From the NCBI GenBank assembly GCA_944372435.1, contig CALVZD010000001.1, positions 1 through 60,662 of the forward strand: a stretch of 60,662 nucleotides of DNA, given 5' to 3'. The stretch's first letter is position 1, and every line of letters begins with the position of its first letter. A model generated the notes under the pieces. The model searched no databases and had not been told where the DNA came from. It worked only from the letters and a program-made list of their open reading frames with translations. Below, in pieces: positions 17,115-26,886 of this stretch. This DNA is from an uncultured Clostridia bacterium. GTDB lineage: Bacteria; Bacillota; Clostridia; Christensenellales; UBA1242. The translations under genes and the position numbers were made by a program.

Positions 17115-19541
17115 TCACCTCTTTATTGGTTCGCTGACAAAAAACTCGATAGTATCGTCCTCTTTAAAGTCGATGTTGTCGCGCAGTTTTATGCCGCACT
17201 CATAGCCTTTGACTACCTCAGCCTTTTCGTCTTTGACGATTTTCAAAGACTCAACGGTTGTTTTGCCGATTTCCTCGCCAGCACGCATAACCTTTGCGAT
17301 GCAGCCGCGAGTCACTTTGCCGTCTTTCACCATGCAGCCCGCAATTTTGCCGGCGGTCGAAAGCTTGAACACAACTCTGATTTCAGCCATACCGATATAC
17401 TTTTCTTCGTATTTGACTGTCAGCATGCCGTTTATCGCGCGCGTGATGTCGTCGACAACTTCATAGATGATCTTGTATTCTTTGATTTCGATCTTCTGTC
17501 TTTCAGCCAGCTGCTTTGCTTTTGCAACAGGTTTGATATTGAAAGCTATGATCACCGACTGTGTTGCGTCTGCAAGGATGAGATCGGATTCTGTCACAGC
17601 GCCTGGTGCAGCATGAACGATGTTGACTTTTGCCTCCTCGTTCGAGATCGGCGAAAGCGTTGAGATCAAAGCTTCAAGCGAGCCTTTTGTGTCCGCTTTT
17701 ATGATAAGGTTGAGATTTTTGAGTGTGCCCTCATGCACTTTGTCCATAAAGTCATCAAGGCTGACGCCACTCGTTTTGAGAGCGTTGGCTTTTTTGATCT
17801 TGTCGATCCTTTCTTGGATGACTTGTTTAGAAAGCGACTCGTTGACCTCATAGAAAGCGTCGCCAGAAGATGGAACATCGTTGAAGCCAAGCACCGACAC
17901 AGGCGTTGAAGGAGCCGCCGATTTGACAGGCTTGCCGTGTTCGTCAAACATCGCCTTGACTTTGCCGTAGGTCAAGCCTGAAAGGAAGGAGTCGCCGATG
18001 TTGAGCGTGCCGTTTTGCACGAGAACTGTTGCAACTGGCCCGCGATTTTTGTCGAGCTCGGCCTCCAAAATAACACCGGTTGCAAGGTGTTTTGGATTTG
18101 CTTTGAGCTCTTCCATTTCAGCAACGAGCAAGATCATAGATTTGAGTTCATCGAGCCCTTGACCTGTTTTTGCCGAAATAGGAACGCAGATCGTGCTGCC
18201 GCCCCACTCCTCTGGCAGCAGGTCATGTTCGGCGAGCTGCTGTTTGACTCTGTCGATGTTTGCCTCTGGCTTGTCGATCTTGTTGATCGCAACGATCACA
18301 GGAACGCCAGCCGCTTTGATGTGATTGATCGCCTCAACAGTTTGTGGCATAATGCCGTCGTCAGCTGCCACAACAAGGATCGCGATATCCGTCGACTTTG
18401 CGCCACGAGCGCGCATTGCGGTGAACGCAGCGTGACCTGGTGTGTCGATAAAAGTGATCTTTTCGTTGTTAAAAGTGATCTGATATGCACCAATTTTTTG
18501 GGTTATGCCACCAGCTTCGCCTGCGACGACATTCGTCTTTCTGAAAGCGTCGAGCAGCGATGTTTTGCCGTGATCGACATGGCCCATGACTGTGACGATT
18601 GGTGGGCGTTTGACGAGCGATGCAGCATCTTCTGAGGCTTGATTTTGCTCTTCGAAAAGTTTTTCTTCCATAGTTTTGTCAAGCTTAAGCTCGAGCGTTA
18701 CGCCAAGCTCGCTTGCAACAAGTTCGGCGGTTTCAAAGTTGATGCTGGAGTTGATTGTTGCCATGATGCCGAGCAGCATAAGCTTTTTGACGATTTCAGC
18801 AACAGGTCTGCCTGTTTTTTCGCTGAGGTCCTTTATTGTGATCTCGTTGGAGGTTATAACGGCGTGTGTGACTTTTGGAGCGACAGTCGTTTCTTGCTTT
18901 TTCTTCAATTTGTTGGTCGCCTTGCGCGTGCCCATCGTCGACTCTTCAAAGTCGTTGTTTTCGTCGAGCATAATCACGCTTTGGCGCCTTGGATCGACAG
19001 CTTTTTTTGCTGGCCTCGTTTTTTCATCGAGGTTTTTCTTTTGTGGGTTTTTGTTTTTGTTGCCAAAAGTGCGCTCTGGCTGAACTGCGATCGTTTCAGC
19101 AGGTTCGTGATTGGCAAAAGATCGAAAATTGTTGACCTTTGTCGAAATAAATTTTGCGCTTTTTCCTGTTTGTTGTTGCGGCTTTGAGTCGAAAGCTTTT
19201 TGCTTGCCACCAAAATTTTGCTTGCGCTGATCGCCGCTTTGTTGCGGTCTTTTATCATCAAAGCGCTTGAAGTTGTTGTTTGGCGCCGGCTTTGAATTTG
19301 AAAAAGACGGAGATTTTTGCGGTTTTTGAGGCTCTTCGGCTTTTGGCTTTTGCTGCTCTTGCTCTTTGATTTTTTGAGCTTCCTGCTTTGCAAGTTTTTC
19401 CTTTTTTGACGCTAAAAGCTGTTTTGAATGATCTTCAAGCTGTGATTTTAGAGCTCGCAAATCCCTGAGCAGTTCAAGCAAACTGCCCTCTTTTTGCATA
19501 TTGTGAATTGTTTTTAGATTGTTTAATGCTTGATTTGCCAA
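17115..19541 (-). CDS. infB: translation initiation factor IF-2
   Basis: G-domain motifs [17 protein letters not shown] and NKID. Low-complexity K/Q/P-rich N-terminus. TTG start with a GGGAGA SD. Confidence 0.95.
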   Translation of the reverse strand: MANQALNNLKTIHNMQKEGSLLELLRDLRALKSQLEDHSKQLLASKKEKLAKQEAQKIKEQEQQKPKAEEPQKPQKSPSFSNSKPAPNNNFKRFDDKRPQQSGDQRKQNFGGKQKAFDSKPQQQTGKSAKFISTKVNNFRSFANHEPAETIAVQPERTFGNKNKNPQKKNLDEKTRPAKKAVDPRRQSVIMLDENNDFEESTMGTRKATNKLKKKQETTVAPKVTHAVITSNEITIKDLSEKTGRPVAEIVKKLMLLGIMATINSSINFETAELVASELGVTLELKLDKTMEEKLFEEQNQASEDAASLVKRPPIVTVMGHVDHGKTSLLDAFRKTNVVAGEAGGITQKIGAYQITFNNEKITFIDTPGHAAFTAMRARGAKSTDIAILVVAADDGIMPQTVEAINHIKAAGVPVIVAINKIDKPEANIDRVKQQLAEHDLLPEEWGGSTICVPISAKTGQGLDELKSMILLVAEMEELKANPKHLATGVILEAELDKNRGPVATVLVQNGTLNIGDSFLSGLTYGKVKAMFDEHGKPVKSAAPSTPVSVLGFNDVPSSGDAFYEVNESLSKQVIQERIDKIKKANALKTSGVSLDDFMDKVHEGTLKNLNLIIKADTKGSLEALISTLSPISNEEAKVNIVHAAPGAVTESDLILADATQSVIIAFNIKPVAKAKQLAERQKIEIKEYKIIYEVVDDITRAINGMLTVKYEEKYIGMAEIRVVFKLSTAGKIAGCMVKDGKVTRGCIAKVMRAGEEIGKTTVESLKIVKDEKAEVVKGYECGIKLRDNIDFKEDDTIEFFVSEPIKR

Positions 19542-19542
19542 A

Positions 19543-19818
19543 CTATTCTCCCTGATTAAGATATTTTTTTATTTGCTCGCTAAGACCTAAATTTTTTATT
19601 CCAACAAGTTTGCAGTTTTCGATGCAGACAAGCTCGGAAAGATTTTCGATCTCAGCGCCGCTAACTCCCCTTTCGACTAGGCTTTGATAGATTTTTTTGC
19701 TTGTTTTGCCGGCGTTTTTGTCGATAAGCGTGAGGTATAGCTTTTTTTGATAGCCGTCAAGTTTTTCGCTGCCGACAATCAGATATCCCGCCTTTTTGGC
19801 AAGGCCGAGATAGGACAT
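19543..19818 (-). CDS. ylxQ: L7Ae/YlxQ-family RNA-binding protein
   Basis: MSYLGLAKKAGYLIVGSEK. I prefer the ATG at 19818, which overlaps the ylxR TAA (TAATG). The tracked ORF starts 5 codons earlier. Confidence 0.8.
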   Translation of the reverse strand: MSYLGLAKKAGYLIVGSEKLDGYQKKLYLTLIDKNAGKTSKKIYQSLVERGVSGAEIENLSELVCIENCKLVGIKNLGLSEQIKKYLNQGE

Positions 19819-20084
19819 TATTTTTTCTCGCATTCGCTCTCCAATTGTTGATAGACTTCGTCAGGCACTTGGCATTTGAAGGCCTTGTTTAAAACTTTTT
19901 GTTTTTTAAGTTTTGCCCTGCAAGCGCTTTCTGAGCAGACATATGCGCCTCGGCCGCCTGCTTTGCCGGTTTTGTCGACAAAAATTTCGCCCTGTTTGTT
20001 TTTTACGACGCGCGTGAGCGAACGTTTATCCTTCATCTCTCGGCAAACTATGCACATGCGAAGAGTTTCATTCTTCATCATCAC
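19818..20084 (-). CDS. ylxR: YlxR/DUF448 RNA-binding protein
   Basis: RMCIVCREMKDKRSLTRVV..GRGAYVC motif. Confidence 0.88.
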   Translation of the reverse strand: MMMKNETLRMCIVCREMKDKRSLTRVVKNKQGEIFVDKTGKAGGRGAYVCSESACRAKLKKQKVLNKAFKCQVPDEVYQQLESECEKK

Positions 20085-21231
20085 TCCCCGTTATCTCCTC
20101 AAGATCGTCGAAGGATTGGAACGAATCATCGTCGTCAAGTTCGGTGAGCTCATACTCAACCTCTTTTTCCTCTTTTTGCTCTTGTGCCGGCGCGATTGAG
20201 CTTTCTGGCTTCACTTCGATCTTCCAACCTGTAAGTCTTGCAGCAAGGCGAACATTTTGACCATTTTTGCCGATTGCGAGTGAAAGTTTATCGTCAGGCA
20301 CGATGACCCTTGAAGCCATCAGGCTTTCATTTGTTTCAACGCTCAAAACTTTGGCTGGGCTGAGCGCACGAGCGATGTATTCAAGTGGATCGTCGCTGAA
20401 AAGGATCAGATCGATTTTTTCGCCGTTGAGTTCGGACACGATCGTGTTGATTCTTATGCCATGATTGCCAACGCAAGCGCCAATAGCGTCAACATTTGGC
20501 TTGTCTGAATAAACTGCAACCTTCGACCTGTTGCCGGGGTCGCGCGCGATGTTTTTGATTTTAACCTCGCCGTTTGCGATTTCAGGAATTTCAAGCTCGA
20601 ACACCTTTCTGACAAAGCCAACGTTGCTTCTTGTCACTTGAATTTGTGTGCCGTGGAAGGAATCTTTAATATTTTTCACATAGACCTTTATGCGCTGGCC
20701 GACCTCATATTTTTCGTTTGGAATTTGGTCGGAAGGCAGCATGATCCCCTCAACATGAGAGCCAGTTATTTGAACATAAACGGTGCCGTTGTCGATCCTT
20801 TTTACTATGGTTGTGAGAAGCTCGTCCTCTTTTTCAGAGATCTCAGAAACCGCGATTCCACGCTCTAACTCTTTGAGTTTTTGCATAACGACCTGCTTTG
20901 CAGTTTGAGCTGCAATTCTGCCAAAATCCTTGGTGGATTCCTCCTGCGAGACGATGTCGCCAAGCTTGTAGCTTTTTTTGATCAAGCGCGCCTCGCCCAG
21001 TGAGATCTCTTTGTCAGAGTCCTGCACCTCGTCAACGATGGTTTTGTAGGAATAAATTCTGATCGTGTTCTTTTCAGGGTTGATTTTCACGCTGGCGCTT
21101 TTTGCCTCGCCATACATCTTTTTGTAGGCCGATGTGAGAGCTGTTTCGAGAGCCTCGATGAATTTTTCCTTGTCAATTTTCTTTTCGGTTTCCAAATCTT
21201 CAAGCGCTTGGAAGAAGTCTTTGTTTATCAT
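20068..21231 (-). CDS. nusA: transcription termination/antitermination factor NusA
   Basis: N-terminal domain, S1 domain and two KH domains, with an acidic C-terminus. 387 aa. Confidence 0.95.
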   Translation of the reverse strand: MINKDFFQALEDLETEKKIDKEKFIEALETALTSAYKKMYGEAKSASVKINPEKNTIRIYSYKTIVDEVQDSDKEISLGEARLIKKSYKLGDIVSQEESTKDFGRIAAQTAKQVVMQKLKELERGIAVSEISEKEDELLTTIVKRIDNGTVYVQITGSHVEGIMLPSDQIPNEKYEVGQRIKVYVKNIKDSFHGTQIQVTRSNVGFVRKVFELEIPEIANGEVKIKNIARDPGNRSKVAVYSDKPNVDAIGACVGNHGIRINTIVSELNGEKIDLILFSDDPLEYIARALSPAKVLSVETNESLMASRVIVPDDKLSLAIGKNGQNVRLAARLTGWKIEVKPESSIAPAQEQKEEKEVEYELTELDDDDSFQSFDDLEEITGSDDEE

Positions 21232-21243
21232 TTTTTTCTCCTT

Positions 21244-21702
21244 TTAAAATTTTATCACAGGCACGATGTGCGCGATAAGTTCTCGGTTTATTGTGAGCGG
21301 TTTGTCCTTTTGCAAAATTGTCACTTGTGTTTGCGAAAAGCTTTCAAGAGTGCCGACAAACTTTTTTTCTCCGTCCAACTTTTTGAACAGTGTGATTTCA
21401 ACCTCTTTGCCCAAGTTGCGTTTAAAGTCGCGCTCGGTTTTGATAGGGCTGTCTATCCCCGGCGAGCTGACGCTCAAAATGTATGGCTTGTCGTCGGTTG
21501 GGTTGAGTTCGTCCAAAATTGGGTCGATCGCCTTGGTCACTTTTTCGCAATCTTCGATTGTGATTGGCGCGTCGGCATCGATCGTGAAGATCAGGTTCAT
21601 GCCGTCTGCCAGTTTTTGATAGCTGACTTCGAGCAACTCATATCCCATTTTTTCGATGATCGGTGTGAGCTCTTTTTCACAAATATCTTTGACTTTTGAC
21701 AA
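21244..21702 (-). CDS. rimP: ribosome maturation factor RimP
   Basis: 152 aa. TTG start with a GGAGGAAA SD. VSSPGIDSPIK motif. Confidence 0.9.
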   Translation of the reverse strand: MSKVKDICEKELTPIIEKMGYELLEVSYQKLADGMNLIFTIDADAPITIEDCEKVTKAIDPILDELNPTDDKPYILSVSSPGIDSPIKTERDFKRNLGKEVEITLFKKLDGEKKFVGTLESFSQTQVTILQKDKPLTINRELIAHIVPVIKF

Positions 21703-21722
21703 AATTTCCTCCTTCTACAAAT

Positions 21723-21745
21723 GAAGTGGGCGAGCCGCCCACTTC
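21723..21745 (-). promoter_or_regulatory. GC-rich hairpin in the rimP-nusA-infB leader (candidate attenuator)
   Basis: GAAGTGGGCG-gct-CGCCCACTTC is a perfect 10-bp stem lying between the -10 box and the SD. It is followed only by AUUUGU. Confidence 0.5.
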
Positions 21746-21763
21746 GAAATTTCTAGTCTCTTT

Positions 21764-21792
21764 ATTATATCATGGTTATTTCCTAAATGCAA
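21764..21792 (-). promoter_or_regulatory. sigma-A promoter of the rimP-nusA-infB operon
   Basis: Reverse strand: TTGCAT (21792-21787), 17 nt, TGa-TATAAT (21769-21764). Confidence 0.7.
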
Positions 21793-21837
21793 GAAAAAAT
21801 AAGGATTTTTTCAAAAAAATACAACAAATTTCAAAAA

Positions 21838-23367
21838 TTAACCCTCTTCACTGAGTTTGAGCAGAACTTTTGCGGTTGCAAACGCATCGTTGTAGGCTCT
21901 GTGGGCGCCTGAAAGGTCGATCCCAAGTGCTGCGGCAACGGTTGTGAGTTTTGAGTTGTTGGTTTTGAGGTGTTTGCTGCGCGCTATCATCAATACATCG
22001 AGATTTTCGTTTTGCAGCGTCAGCCCCACCTTTTGATATGCCTTTCGCAAAAACTTGTTGTCAAAATCGGTGTTGTTGTAGCCTGAAATTATGCAGCCCT
22101 TGCAAAAGTTGTAAAAGTCGACTATCACATCCTCGATCTTCGGCGCGTTTGCCACCATGTCGTTTGTGATGTGATTGATGCGCGAAGCTTCTTCTGGGAT
22201 AGGCTGAGTTGGCTTGACAAAGGTCGAAAACTTTTTGGTGATCTTGCCCTTTTCGATTTTAATCGCGCCGATTTCGATAATCTCGCATATTTCAGGATTC
22301 AGCCCTGTCGTTTCAAGGTCATACACGACGATATCTCTTGAAGCGATAGGCTCCTTGTAGGTCGGATCCTTGACAAAAAGGTTTTCCTGACGATTTTCGT
22401 GATAGTCCTCTGCCAGCACAACCGGAGCTTTGTAAAAAATAGCCTCTTCGTCTTCATGAGGCGGAGTTTTGATTTGAGCGAGGGTCATCGCTGAGATATA
22501 GTAAGTCATTCTGCCTGAAAGCCCAAGTTTTATGTCGCCCAAACACAAAAAGCTGAGCCCGTCTTGCAAGGCGGCAAGTTTTGGCTGATTGGTTTTGGTG
22601 GAAAAATAGATGCACTCGATTTGTTTTTCGTCGTCGAGCACGAAGCTTGCATACTGCTTTTCCTGCCCTGCCTGTTTGCCTTTTTTTGCAGTGAAAGTTT
22701 TGATTTCAACCTTTGAAATTTTGCCAAAAAGGATGACAGAGGTTTTTGGTTTTGTGTTGTTTTTGATCTGTTCAGGAAAAGGCGCGATATCTTTGCCAAA
22801 AAGTTTTTTGATTGGAGTGACTTCATATCGCGGATTTTTTTTGGCCGCAATTTGATATTTTATTGGAGCGATTTCATCTTGGATTTGATAGTTGTCGCTT
22901 TTTTCTGCCACGATTTCAAAGTTGCCCAAAAAATTGTTTTCCAAAAATTCAAGCAGTTTCAGTTTGACGAGTCTGCTTTCATAATAATCTTTGACGAGCC
23001 TGTTCATATGCAAAATTATCGTGGTTTTTTGCGGCTCCTTTTTGATCTCTATCTGCTCTTCGGAAAGCTCAGCCGCAATCGCTCTGAAATTTTTAGTTAA
23101 ATATGCCAAAAGGTCGCGCCTTAAAAGCCGCTCGTCAAGAAAGCTCTTTTTAAACTTGACACGGATGCGGCTATTGAGCTCAACGCGTGACTTGACAAAG
23201 TCTTCGATCTGCTTTCGCTGCTCGTCGGTGATCTCGCTCATTGATTCAGGATATAAAAAAGTGAAGACGCACTCCTCTTGCGAAAGGTCGAGCGCCACAC
23301 CATACAGCCTTAAAAAATCGAATTTTCCGCCCTCAAAGGTTTTGAGAGCTTGCGTTAGTTCATCCAC
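21838..23367 (-). CDS. PolC-like N-terminal/OB-fold protein fused to a DEDDh 3'-5' exonuclease; no PHP or polymerase domains
   Basis: Exo I VVYDLETTGL, Exo II ISGYNNTDFDNKFL, Exo III AHRAYNDAFATAKVL. An OB-like segment spans roughly residues 200-300. It occupies the polC position between rseP and rimP. Confidence 0.65.
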   Translation of the reverse strand: MDELTQALKTFEGGKFDFLRLYGVALDLSQEECVFTFLYPESMSEITDEQRKQIEDFVKSRVELNSRIRVKFKKSFLDERLLRRDLLAYLTKNFRAIAAELSEEQIEIKKEPQKTTIILHMNRLVKDYYESRLVKLKLLEFLENNFLGNFEIVAEKSDNYQIQDEIAPIKYQIAAKKNPRYEVTPIKKLFGKDIAPFPEQIKNNTKPKTSVILFGKISKVEIKTFTAKKGKQAGQEKQYASFVLDDEKQIECIYFSTKTNQPKLAALQDGLSFLCLGDIKLGLSGRMTYYISAMTLAQIKTPPHEDEEAIFYKAPVVLAEDYHENRQENLFVKDPTYKEPIASRDIVVYDLETTGLNPEICEIIEIGAIKIEKGKITKKFSTFVKPTQPIPEEASRINHITNDMVANAPKIEDVIVDFYNFCKGCIISGYNNTDFDNKFLRKAYQKVGLTLQNENLDVLMIARSKHLKTNNSKLTTVAAALGIDLSGAHRAYNDAFATAKVLLKLSEEG

Positions 23368-23376
23368 AGTTAAATT

Positions 23377-24513
23377 TTACAAGATAAAATGCAAAATGTC
23401 AACAATTATCACAAACCCAAACAATATGCACAGCCCAACAAAGTGGATCATGTTTTCTAGGCTGCGTTTGATTGGCTTTTTTCTTATCCATTCTATCGTT
23501 GTGAAAACGACATGCGCGCCATCAAGAGCTGGAATTGGCAACAGGTTAAAGATGGCAAGGTTGGCTGAAATTGCAGGAATCAGAATCAGCAGGTTCAGCC
23601 AGTTTGTTTGAGTTGCCGATGCTATCATCGTGATTGTCGAAATCGGTCCGCCGACAGCGGATATTGGCAGCTGGAAGGTTATAAGCAGCCAAAGCGATTT
23701 GAGCACCACCCATGCAAAGCCAAAGGCGACCTCCCAGCACCTGCCGAGAGCTTCACCAAACGAGTAGACATACGGCGAGTATGAAAAGCAGAGATAGATG
23801 TTTTCTGACGAGAGAGTCGAGGTGTTTTCATAATAAGTTCTTATCACCTGAAATTGCAGCTGAACGGTTTGACTTGTGCCGTTGCGATCGACAGTGGCTT
23901 CAAACGAATAGCCGTCAAGAATGCCGTTTGGCGCCTGCTCAATGCCGCCATATGTGTTTTCAATAAACTCCAGCGCCTCGTTTTGTTTTTGCGCTATCAT
24001 ATTTTGAAAGGTGTCGCCAAACGCAAAATCGACCTTTGTGCCGTCGATGTGTGTGACTATATCCCCTTCTTGCAGCTGGGTTTGCTGATAGGTTTGGCCG
24101 CCAATTTGCACCGAATTTGAGCGAATTTGAGGCACATCATATCCAGCCGTGCAGAGCAAAATTAGTGAAAACAGCACCGCTGTCAAAAAGTTCATCGTGA
24201 TGCCTGCAAGAAAAACGATGATCCTCTTCCACGGTTTTTGCGCGTTGAAGCTGTCTGAGGCAGGCTTTTCGTTTTTATCTTCTTCGCCTTTGAACGCACA
24301 GTAGCCGCCGAGTGGAAAAATGCGCAGCGAAATAAGCTCTCCGCGTTTATTTTTCCGCTGAAAAATAGGCTTGCCAAAGCCTATCGAAAACTCGGTGATC
24401 TTGAATTTTAAAATGCGTCCTGCAATGTAGTGGCCAAGCTCATGGACAAGCACCATGAAAAGCAAAATGACCACTGCGATGACGATATAGAGGACATATG
24501 ATAAAACCTGCAT
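23377..24513 (-). CDS. rseP: RIP (site-2) zinc metalloprotease RseP/YluC
   Basis: HELGHYIAGR and the C-terminal NLLPIPALDG motif, with a PDZ insert. Confidence 0.9.
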   Translation of the reverse strand: MQVLSYVLYIVIAVVILLFMVLVHELGHYIAGRILKFKITEFSIGFGKPIFQRKNKRGELISLRIFPLGGYCAFKGEEDKNEKPASDSFNAQKPWKRIIVFLAGITMNFLTAVLFSLILLCTAGYDVPQIRSNSVQIGGQTYQQTQLQEGDIVTHIDGTKVDFAFGDTFQNMIAQKQNEALEFIENTYGGIEQAPNGILDGYSFEATVDRNGTSQTVQLQFQVIRTYYENTSTLSSENIYLCFSYSPYVYSFGEALGRCWEVAFGFAWVVLKSLWLLITFQLPISAVGGPISTITMIASATQTNWLNLLILIPAISANLAIFNLLPIPALDGAHVVFTTIEWIRKKPIKRSLENMIHFVGLCILFGFVIIVDILHFIL

Positions 24514-24520
24514 TATTCTC

Positions 24521-25465
24521 CTAGATCAAAAATATCACAAGCGCGATCAAAAGATAAGGCGCTACAAAAATATATGAGTCAATTCGGTCGAGCATTCCTC
24601 CATGACCAGGAAGCGCTTTGCCGCTGTCTTTAACGCCAGCTTTGCGTTTTAGGAAGGATTCAAACAGATCCCCTGCTTGTGCCACGATTGAGCCCACGAA
24701 CACTATGATGAGCAGCTGCCAAATTTCGATCTGTGCAATTGCAACAGCAAAGTAGTCGATTGCGCCTAAAATCAAAAAGATGCAAGCCGAGAGCAAAGTG
24801 CACCAAAGAGTGCCACCTATTGCGCCAGAGATCGTCTTTTTTGGGCTTATGTTTGGCGCGAGTTTTTTTCCGCCGATGAGCATCCCCGTCAGCATTGCAA
24901 AAGAGTCGGTCAGCATTGGGATGATAAAGGCAAACAAAAGTGCGATCAGTGAAAGGTTTGAGTTGAAGCTTGCGATGCTGCCAAAGGCGATCTGATCGAT
25001 GTGGTTGATAAAGGTCATCATCATAAAGAGCAGGCTTGGATATATCAAAGCGACCATGGTGTGCAGCGAGCGCATCAGCACAAAGCGAAAGTTTGAAATG
25101 TTTTTGAGCTCACGCACTTTGATTTCGTTGCTCATAGCTTTTTTTCGGAAAATATCGATTGTGAAAGCGATGATCGCGCCAACAAGCACGAGTGCGATGT
25201 CGATCAATGCGATGTAGCCGAAATTCAATTCAAAATAAAAGCCCAGCAGATTTGCAGTTATTATCAGCGCTGGAAAGCACATGGCAACGATGAGGTTGTT
25301 GTAATAACCTGACCTTGAAAGCAGTTTTGAAAGCTCAAAGGCCGCAACCGCAGCGACTATCATAAAGAAAAAGTCGAAAAAGTAAGGGCTGACATAAACT
25401 TTCAGCACAAACAGCAGTGCGATTGTTATCACGATTGCAAGTGAAGTTAAAAGTCTGGTTTTCAT
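24521..25465 (-). CDS. cdsA: phosphatidate cytidylyltransferase
   Basis: Signature SFLKRKAGVKDSGKALPGHGGMLDRIDS. Confidence 0.9.
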   Translation of the reverse strand: MKTRLLTSLAIVITIALLFVLKVYVSPYFFDFFFMIVAAVAAFELSKLLSRSGYYNNLIVAMCFPALIITANLLGFYFELNFGYIALIDIALVLVGAIIAFTIDIFRKKAMSNEIKVRELKNISNFRFVLMRSLHTMVALIYPSLLFMMMTFINHIDQIAFGSIASFNSNLSLIALLFAFIIPMLTDSFAMLTGMLIGGKKLAPNISPKKTISGAIGGTLWCTLLSACIFLILGAIDYFAVAIAQIEIWQLLIIVFVGSIVAQAGDLFESFLKRKAGVKDSGKALPGHGGMLDRIDSYIFVAPYLLIALVIFLI

Positions 25466-26145
25466 TAGTTTCCTCCAAATCTTCTCGTTCGTTTTGAGAA
25501 TTGTTCGATGGCGTTTTTTAGATCCTCTTTTTCAAAGTCTGGCCAAAGTTTTTTGAGAAAGCACAGCTCGGAATAGGAAATCTGCCAAAGCATAAAGTTT
25601 GAAAGCCTCTCCTCGCCGCTTGTGCGTATGACAAGGTCGGGATCTGGAAAGTTTTTGGTGTAAAGGTTTTGCGAGATCTTCTTTTGCGAAAGTTTTTTTG
25701 CGCCCTGCTTTATCGCCTTGTTTGCGGCTTGCAAAATGTCCTCTCTTCCGCCATAATTTAGGCAAAAGCCAACTTTCAAAGTTTGAGCGTTTGCGGTTTT
25801 TTTCTCAATTTTTTGAAGCACCTGACGAATTTTTTTTGAAAAACGGCTTTTGTCGCCGAATATTTCAACTTTGATGTCGTTTTGTTTGAAAAAGCTTTCG
25901 CCCTTTGAAAAATATTCTTCGATAAGCCCCATAAGCCCTTCAACTTCGTCGAGAGCGCGCGTCCAATTTTCGGTTGAAAAGCAATAAAATGACGCAAACT
26001 CGATCTTTTCTTCAATCAGCCACAGCAGCGTGTTTTTGAGCGTTTTGACGCCATGCCTGTGACCTAAGAGCGCTGGAAGCAGTCGCTTTTTTGCCCATCG
26101 GCGATTGCCGTCGACGATGAAAGCTATGTGGGCTGGTTTTGCCAT
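25465..26145 (-). CDS. uppS: undecaprenyl diphosphate synthase
   Basis: Trimmed to MAKPAHIAFIVDGNRRWA with an AGGAG SD. Also RTSGEERLSNFMLWQ. Confidence 0.93.
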   Translation of the reverse strand: MAKPAHIAFIVDGNRRWAKKRLLPALLGHRHGVKTLKNTLLWLIEEKIEFASFYCFSTENWTRALDEVEGLMGLIEEYFSKGESFFKQNDIKVEIFGDKSRFSKKIRQVLQKIEKKTANAQTLKVGFCLNYGGREDILQAANKAIKQGAKKLSQKKISQNLYTKNFPDPDLVIRTSGEERLSNFMLWQISYSELCFLKKLWPDFEKEDLKNAIEQFSKRTRRFGGN

Positions 26146-26158
26146 AAAAGACTCCTGA

Positions 26159-26728
26159 CTAGATCTCCAAAATTTCCTTTTCTTTTGTGGCAAAGGTGGC
26201 ATCAACTTTTGCGATATAGCTGTCTAAAAGCTTTTGCACGTTTGTTTCGAGAGAGGCTTGCTCGTCCTCGCTGATTTCGTTGTTCTTTTTGAGGTTTTTG
26301 ATTTTGTCCATAGCGTCACGTCTTGCTGAGCGCATTGCGATTTTTGTGTCCTCGGCGATTTTTTTGGTCTGTTTGACGATCTCTTTTCTCCTATCTTCTG
26401 TCAGCTGTGGAAAGACGAGCCTGATGACTTTTCCGTCATCTGTTGGCGTGATTCCGATGTCAGAGGCCGCGATCGCTTTTGAAATGTTTTTGATTTGCGA
26501 AACATCCCAAACTGATATGCAGAGAATTCGCGCCTCTTGCACCGAGATGTTTGCCATCTGCTTTATTGGCGTTGGCGAGCCATAATAGTCAACAACGATC
26601 TTGTCGAGTATGCGAGGATTTGCTCTGCCCGCTCTGATCACTGCAAACTCGTTGACTTCATGGTTGTGAGCTTTTTCAAGTTCTTCCTCATATTCAAAGA
26701 ATATTTCGTCAACTATGTCTTGATTCAT
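26159..26728 (-). CDS. frr: ribosome recycling factor
   Basis: 189 aa with the typical RRF sequence (RAGRANPRILDKI). Confidence 0.95.
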   Translation of the reverse strand: MNQDIVDEIFFEYEEELEKAHNHEVNEFAVIRAGRANPRILDKIVVDYYGSPTPIKQMANISVQEARILCISVWDVSQIKNISKAIAASDIGITPTDDGKVIRLVFPQLTEDRRKEIVKQTKKIAEDTKIAMRSARRDAMDKIKNLKKNNEISEDEQASLETNVQKLLDSYIAKVDATFATKEKEILEI

Positions 26729-26771
26729 GTTTTCTCCTGTTTTAAAAATTTTGAACGATGTTCATGCTGAT

Positions 26772-26800
26772 ATTATACAGTAAACGCGGAGATTTTCCAA
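26772..26800 (-). promoter_or_regulatory. sigma-A promoter of frr
   Basis: Reverse strand: TTGGAA, 17 nt, TG-TATAAT. Confidence 0.6.
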
Positions 26801-26801
26801 A

Positions 26802-26831
26802 TAAAAAGAGCCTGGTTTAATAGGCTCTTTT
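26802..26831 (-). terminator. terminator of tsf
   Basis: Reverse strand: AGAGCCT-attaaacc-AGGCTCT followed by TTTTATTT. Confidence 0.75.
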
Positions 26832-26886
26832 GTGAAAATTTTGTGAGTTTTGCTTCGTGATTGTCAAAAATGCAAAATATGACAGC

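Noticed and set aside
18015-18635. Long antisense ORFs: 18015..18635(+), 18639..19187(+), 22991..23611(+), 6489..7079(+), 10581..11042(+), 54472..55080(+) and 55921..56457(-)
   Set aside because: They are shadow ORFs opposite well-supported genes (infB, the PolC-like gene, xseA, spoIIIAE, ackA, ylbJ). They have odd composition and no SD.
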